From the NCBI GenBank assembly GCA_963664405.1, contig OY761158.1, positions 6,144,001 through 6,208,000 on the forward strand: a stretch of 64,000 nucleotides of DNA, in the 5' to 3' direction. The position numbers and the translations under genes were made by a program. Source of the DNA: Thermoanaerobaculia bacterium (GTDB lineage Bacteria; Acidobacteriota; Thermoanaerobaculia; Multivoradales; Multivoraceae). Below, in pieces: positions 59,315-64,000 of the stretch; the stretch's first letter is position 1, and every line of letters starts with the position of its first letter. The notes beneath the pieces were generated by a model. That model did no database searches and was not told where the DNA came from. It worked only from the letters and a program-made list of their open reading frames with translations.

Positions 59315-62038
59315 ATGAAAGCCACCGCATTTAGATCACTCGTCCTGATCGCTTCCCTCTGTCTCTGCGCTCTACCGCTATCGGCGGACGGTCCGTCGAC
59401 CGCAACCATCGACGGCCGCGTCCTCGACGCCCAGGGGCAAGCCCTGCCCGGGGCGACGGTGACCCTCGAGGGTCCGCAGAGAACGACGAGCACCATGTCC
59501 GATGCCGAAGGGCGGTATCGCTTCGCGCTCCTGCAGGCAGGGGAGTTCACCGTCACCGCCGAGCTGGAGGGGCTGGGGGCGGCCGAGCTGGCGACCACGC
59601 TCGCTCCGGGTGAGCGCCGTGGCGTCGACCTCACTTTGGAAGGGGGAACCGCGGAAGAGATCACCGTCACCGGCGAAGCGGCGCTGATAAGCAAGTACGA
59701 AACCGGCTCCGTCAGCTCACTGAAGTCGGAGGTGATCGAGAACGTTGCCTTCGTGACTCGCTTCTATGCCTCCACCCTTCGCGCGCTTCCCGGCGTGGTG
59801 AACAGAAACGAGCTCGACACTACGTCCGGAATCAACGGCGGCATTTACACCGAGACGCAGGTCTTGATCGAAGGTGTGGACACCTCGAACACGCGCGGTG
59901 GGGGTACGATGAGCGTGATCATGCCGGCGTCGGCGCTGTCCGAGACCAGGCTCGAATCGATGGGCTACGGCGCCGAGTACGGCCGGGCGACCGGCGGCAT
60001 CATCAACTCGACCGTCAAGACCGGCACCAACAACTTTCACGGCGATTTTCTCTACATCGGCCAGAATCCGAAGTGGAGAGCCGAGAACCAGTTTCAGTTG
60101 GAGCGGCCGGACGACCAGGTCAACAGCTACGAGACGTCGCTGGGCGGGCCCATCTTGCGCCAAAAGGCGTGGTTCTTTGCCGCCTACGCCGAGATGACCG
60201 AAAACCTCCTGGACCAATTAGCGAGCGGCGACGTGGTTGACCGCAGTCACACCTCGGAGCCCCGCATCCTCAAGCTCAACTACCAGCCTAGCGATCGCCA
60301 CCAGCTGGCGGGGACGTGGATCGATTCGCGCGGCGAGTCCCTCGCCAACACGTCTGTCACCGGCGACCGTGCTGCCATCACGCTCCGTCCGCTCTACGCG
60401 CAGGTACTGACCGGGAGCTGGAGCTTCGCCGCTACCAGCTCGACCTTCATCGAGGTCAAGGTATCCGAGCACAAATTTCTCTTTCCTCGCACTCTCAAAT
60501 TCCCCAAGGATCCGGCGACACTGTGCCCCGAGTGCTCCGACAATCCGGTCGACAACAATTTCCGCTACCGCGATCGGGCGCAAAGTAACGTTCGCTTTAA
60601 CGGCGTGGTGAGCGGCCAGGGGATCGGCCACAACACCTTCCCTCGCGACACGGCCCATGGCTCGGCGACCTTGTTCAAGGGGCGCAACGAGATCAAGTTC
60701 GGCATCGACATCCAGGACATCGCGTACGAGAATTTGGGCAACCCGGGCAAGGAGTATCGCGGCAGCAACTTCTGTTTTGAATGCCCCGGAGGCTTCCTGA
60801 GACCGCAGCGCAAGCGGGTCTTCTTGCCGTCCGTGGCGTCGCGTACCGAGGGTGTCGTGGGCTCGGCCTATGTGCAGGACCGCTTGGACGTCGGTGATCG
60901 CTGGAGCCTCCACATGGGCGTGCGCTACGACGCCGAGACGATCGATAACGACGTCGGCACGCAGGTCCACGATACCTCAGACATCGCACCCCGTCTGACC
61001 GTGGTCTACGACGTCAAGGCCGACGGCAAGCTGCTGGTGCGCGGCAGCGTCGGGCGCTTCTACCAGATCGTCGGCCTGGATTTCGCCTTCCGCGAGTTCA
61101 GTGCGCTACCCGTTGGGAATCAGAGCTACGACGAGTTCAATTGGAATCCCGCCACCGAGCTCTACGATAGGTTCCGCACGAGCAGGAGGCCGGCGTTCGA
61201 GACCCAGACCCTGCAGCCGGTCGAGAACCCCTACAAGGACCAGGTCGCGGTTGGCGTGGACTGGCAGCTGGCCCAGAACTGGGTCTTCAAGTCGAGCCTG
61301 GTGTACCACGAGACCGACGACGTCTTCTTCGGCAACGACCAGTACATGGACAACGGCACCGGCATCGCGCGCCTGGTGCAGAACTGGCCCGGTGCCTTTC
61401 GCGAATATTCGGGAGTCAGCCTCGAGCTCAATCGCAGGTTCCGCGGCGGCTGGACGTTCCGGTCCAACCTGACGGTGGGCGACGCCGAAGGGAATACCGA
61501 CACCACCAACAGCCTCGAGAGCCTGTTCGAGGGCCTCGGCGGCCTCGAGCTGCCGAACCAAACGGTGCAGGACGCGGGTATTGCACCTGGCGCGACCGAC
61601 GCCACCGCCAGGTTCCGGGCCGGGCGCATGCGTCACGATATCGATCGGCTCAACCTCATCGCCATGAAGCAATTTCAGTTCGGCAGGCAGGCCCTGACCC
61701 TGGGTGGCTTTTTCGCCGTCAGCAGCGGCAGGTACTTCGGCGGGACTGCCTCCACCACCGTAGCGCATCCGGTGACCGGTCTCGAGATCGACACCGAGAC
61801 CCGCGTCGAGCCGCGCGACGGCCAGCAGCTGGACGGCATCTATACGCTCGACTTCTCGGCGATGTGGTCGTTCCCGATCAAGGGTCCGGTGGAAGGGCAG
61901 CTCGGCTTCGAGGTCGCCAACATCACCGACGAGCAGGAGGTGCTCGAGATCGACACCAATACCCTTCAGCCCATCAACGCGCTCCGGGCCTGGCAGCGGC
62001 CGCGCGAGTTTCGTCTCAAGGTTGGGATTCGTTTCTAG
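59315..62038 (+). CDS. TonB-dependent receptor (Oar-like, N-terminal carboxypeptidase-regulatory-like domain)
   Basis: Signal peptide; GRVLDAQGQALPGATVT, AEYGRATGGIIN..KTGTN.FHG, LGGPI..KAWFF, YVQD, APRL, C-terminal PREFRLKVGIRF. Confidence 0.9.
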   Translation: MKATAFRSLVLIASLCLCALPLSADGPSTATIDGRVLDAQGQALPGATVTLEGPQRTTSTMSDAEGRYRFALLQAGEFTVTAELEGLGAAELATTLAPGERRGVDLTLEGGTAEEITVTGEAALISKYETGSVSSLKSEVIENVAFVTRFYASTLRALPGVVNRNELDTTSGINGGIYTETQVLIEGVDTSNTRGGGTMSVIMPASALSETRLESMGYGAEYGRATGGIINSTVKTGTNNFHGDFLYIGQNPKWRAENQFQLERPDDQVNSYETSLGGPILRQKAWFFAAYAEMTENLLDQLASGDVVDRSHTSEPRILKLNYQPSDRHQLAGTWIDSRGESLANTSVTGDRAAITLRPLYAQVLTGSWSFAATSSTFIEVKVSEHKFLFPRTLKFPKDPATLCPECSDNPVDNNFRYRDRAQSNVRFNGVVSGQGIGHNTFPRDTAHGSATLFKGRNEIKFGIDIQDIAYENLGNPGKEYRGSNFCFECPGGFLRPQRKRVFLPSVASRTEGVVGSAYVQDRLDVGDRWSLHMGVRYDAETIDNDVGTQVHDTSDIAPRLTVVYDVKADGKLLVRGSVGRFYQIVGLDFAFREFSALPVGNQSYDEFNWNPATELYDRFRTSRRPAFETQTLQPVENPYKDQVAVGVDWQLAQNWVFKSSLVYHETDDVFFGNDQYMDNGTGIARLVQNWPGAFREYSGVSLELNRRFRGGWTFRSNLTVGDAEGNTDTTNSLESLFEGLGGLELPNQTVQDAGIAPGATDATARFRAGRMRHDIDRLNLIAMKQFQFGRQALTLGGFFAVSSGRYFGGTASTTVAHPVTGLEIDTETRVEPRDGQQLDGIYTLDFSAMWSFPIKGPVEGQLGFEVANITDEQEVLEIDTNTLQPINALRAWQRPREFRLKVGIRF

Positions 62039-62159
62039 GTTTCCAAGCTCTGTCTCGGGGCGGGTGGCGCTCCGGCGCTCCCGCCTCGCGACGGTCTTTC
62101 GGCCCGGGTAGCCCCGGATCTTCGTCTCGACGAGATGGGGCAGGTGAGCTAGCCTCTAG

Positions 62160-62350
62160 CCTGGACTATTCATGGAGCTCCTACTGCGGTGCCCCAGCTG
62201 CCTGAATCTACTGCGTTGCGCTCGGACTGGGCGTCCCCGTCGCGCCCCTCGACGTACTGCCAAATACGCCTGCGGTGCCCTCGGTCGCGACGCCTTGTAT
62301 CTCCCCGGGCATCTGCGGCACCTCGCTACGGACCTCATGAATAATCCAGG
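62160..62350. mobile_element. 191-bp MITE
   Basis: Inverted repeats CCTGGA(C/T)TATTCATG (14/15); CTAG at 62156-62159 and 62351-62354. Confidence 0.85.
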
Positions 62351-62550
62351 CTAGGAGTATGACCGAGTAACCTAGATGCTGAATTTCCCGCTCCACTGGA
62401 TGTCCGCGAGACACAGAAATCTGCTGGTACGCTCCACTCAGAGGCCGAAGAAACAAAAAATCTTCCGCACCTGGTCCATTCGATGATCGGCCGAGGTATT
62501 ACTTGGACAGACTCCTAGCTCTCCCCATCAGATCAAAACAGGAGAACGAC

Positions 62551-63009
62551 TTGATCCTCGGCATACACCACACCGCCATCTCGGTGAAAGACATGGACAG
62601 GTCACTGGCCTTCTACCGTGATTTGCTGGGCATGGAGGTGCTCTCGGACCAGAGCTGGGAGAGCAGTCGAGAGAACAACCCGAAACCGGAAAAGATTCTG
62701 GATCTCGAGAACCCCGCTGCACGACAGGCCATGCTGAGGTGTGGAAACGCTCATATTGAGCTGTTCGAGTTCAGCAAGCCGGAACCCGCCCCCATGGCAG
62801 TGGACCGGCCCGTGCATGATCATGGGTACACGCACTTCAGCCTGGATGTGACGGACGTGGATGCGGAATACGAGAGGCTGCTGGAAGCCGGGGTGACGTT
62901 CCATTGTCCACCCATCAATCTCGGCCCTAAGTGCAGGACCACCTACGGTCGAGACCCGGATGGCAACGTGATCGAGTTTCAGGAGCTGTTCGAGAGCGCT
63001 CGCTGGTAA
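62551..63009 (+). CDS. VOC/glyoxalase family protein
   Basis: TTG start after AGGAGA; IHHTAISVKDMDRSLAFYRDLLG, IELFEF, YGRDPDGNVIE. Confidence 0.9.
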   Translation: MILGIHHTAISVKDMDRSLAFYRDLLGMEVLSDQSWESSRENNPKPEKILDLENPAARQAMLRCGNAHIELFEFSKPEPAPMAVDRPVHDHGYTHFSLDVTDVDAEYERLLEAGVTFHCPPINLGPKCRTTYGRDPDGNVIEFQELFESARW

Positions 63010-63069
63010 AACTCGCTGCGCCGCCGAGCACGGAGTGCTGGATCGAGGCGGGCTTGCCTGGCGTTGGAC

Positions 63070-63166
63070 ATGCGCCTGGCACGTTACTTCGGCAGCTCGG
63101 AACGCTTCTGGGTTGGTCTGCAAACAGACCATGACCTCGAGGAAGCGCATCGCGCCTTCGGTGAGA
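63070..63166 (+). pseudogene. Partial copy of the higA 3' region
   Basis: 90/97 nt identical to 57272-57368 by manual alignment. Confidence 0.9.
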
Positions 63167-63242
63167 GCGCTCGCCGCGACTCTTGGCGTGTAATTTGAAG
63201 TCTGTACCTTCGTATTACATACAGGATGGTAGCATCCGCTTC

Positions 63243-64000
63243 GTGATCATCGAACGTACGCTCGAGGTTCCTGCCCGGAACCTGTTCGCCAAATATCCAG
63301 TCCTGACCGTGACCGGACCGCGGCAATCCGGGAAGACCACGCTCTGTCGACGGGTCTTCCCCGATCTCCCCTACGTCAGCCTGGAGTCCCCGGACCAACG
63401 CCAGTTCGCGATCGAGGACCCGAGGGGCTTCCTTCGCGAATACGAGAACGGAGCGATTCTTGACGAGATCCAGCGCACTCCAGATCTCGTCTCCTACCTC
63501 CAGGAGCTGGTGGACGAGAATCGAGGCAATGGGCGCTTTGTGCTCACGGGTAGCCAACAGTTTCGGGTGACTCGCGCGATCACTCAATCACTCGCGGGCA
63601 GGACGGGAATCCTACGATTGCTGCCGTTCTCGATCGCCGAGGCTGTTCAGATTCGGTCGGATCTCGAACCCGAGACGATGCTGTATGCGGGGTTCTACCC
63701 GAGGATCTACGATCACGGACTCGACCCTACTCAGGCCCTGGGCGACTACTTCGAAACCTATGTCGAGCGCGACGTGCGTCAGATCAGCGAGATCCGCAAT
63801 CTCTCCAGCTTCCGGACTTTCGTGAAGCTGTGTGCCGGCCGAAGTGGCCAGCTACTGAACCTGCACAGCCTCGGCAACGACGCGGGTGTCTCGCACACCA
63901 CCGCGCGGGAGTGGATCAGCGTACTCGAGGCCAGCTACATCGTCTTCCTGCTTCAGCCCCTTCACGCAAACGTATCGAAGCGGCTCATCAAATCGCCGAA
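63243..64000 (+). CDS. AAA_14/DUF4143-type ATP-binding protein; runs off the window end
   Basis: Manual translation from GTG 63243: TGPRQSGKTT, ILDEIQRTPDL, FVLTGS, SLAGR, GFYP, TYVERDVR. Confidence 0.88.
   Translation, partial: MIIERTLEVPARNLFAKYPVLTVTGPRQSGKTTLCRRVFPDLPYVSLESPDQRQFAIEDPRGFLREYENGAILDEIQRTPDLVSYLQELVDENRGNGRFVLTGSQQFRVTRAITQSLAGRTGILRLLPFSIAEAVQIRSDLEPETMLYAGFYPRIYDHGLDPTQALGDYFETYVERDVRQISEIRNLSSFRTFVKLCAGRSGQLLNLHSLGNDAGVSHTTAREWISVLEASYIVFLLQPLHANVSKRLIKSP

Noticed and set aside
62055-62095. GC-rich hairpin after the TonB receptor as an intrinsic terminator
   Set aside because: Imperfect stem and no clear U-tract.

Overview
GC-rich bacterial DNA whose gene content (Oar-type TonB receptor, PQQ dehydrogenases with cytochrome c partners, several sulfatases, three DUF3604 proteins, a eukaryotic-type Ser/Thr kinase remnant) suggests Acidobacteriota or a similar environmental lineage; this is inferred, not proven. 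The window is an accessory, catabolic and secreted-enzyme region with heavy turnover. It holds no rRNA, tRNA or CRISPR array that I can support. Main observations: (1) an exported peroxiredoxin with an in-frame TGA at the peroxidatic position (FTGG-U-TREM) followed by a SECIS-like hairpin, i.e. a probable selenoprotein, upstream of a DUF3604 / PpiC / HupE-UreJ cluster; (2) a complete 3,558-bp four-gene transposon (Cys-rich protein, Mu-like DDE transposase, ExeA-like AAA ATPase, hypothetical) with TG..CA ends, repeated ~19-bp end motifs and a 5-bp target duplication, splitting that DUF3604 gene; (3) an IS1182-family element and two MITEs, all flanked by CTAG; the MITEs have different terminal repeats but share a 28-bp core, and one sits in frame in a signal peptide; (4) two cargo blocks flanked by duplicated 3' ends of a gene; (5) double-hairpin REP-like repeats and a RAYT-like Y1 transposase; (6) an Lsa-like ABC-F protein, three toxin-antitoxin pairs, tandem paralogues and many gene remnants. 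All calls come from manual motif recognition; no database searches were run.
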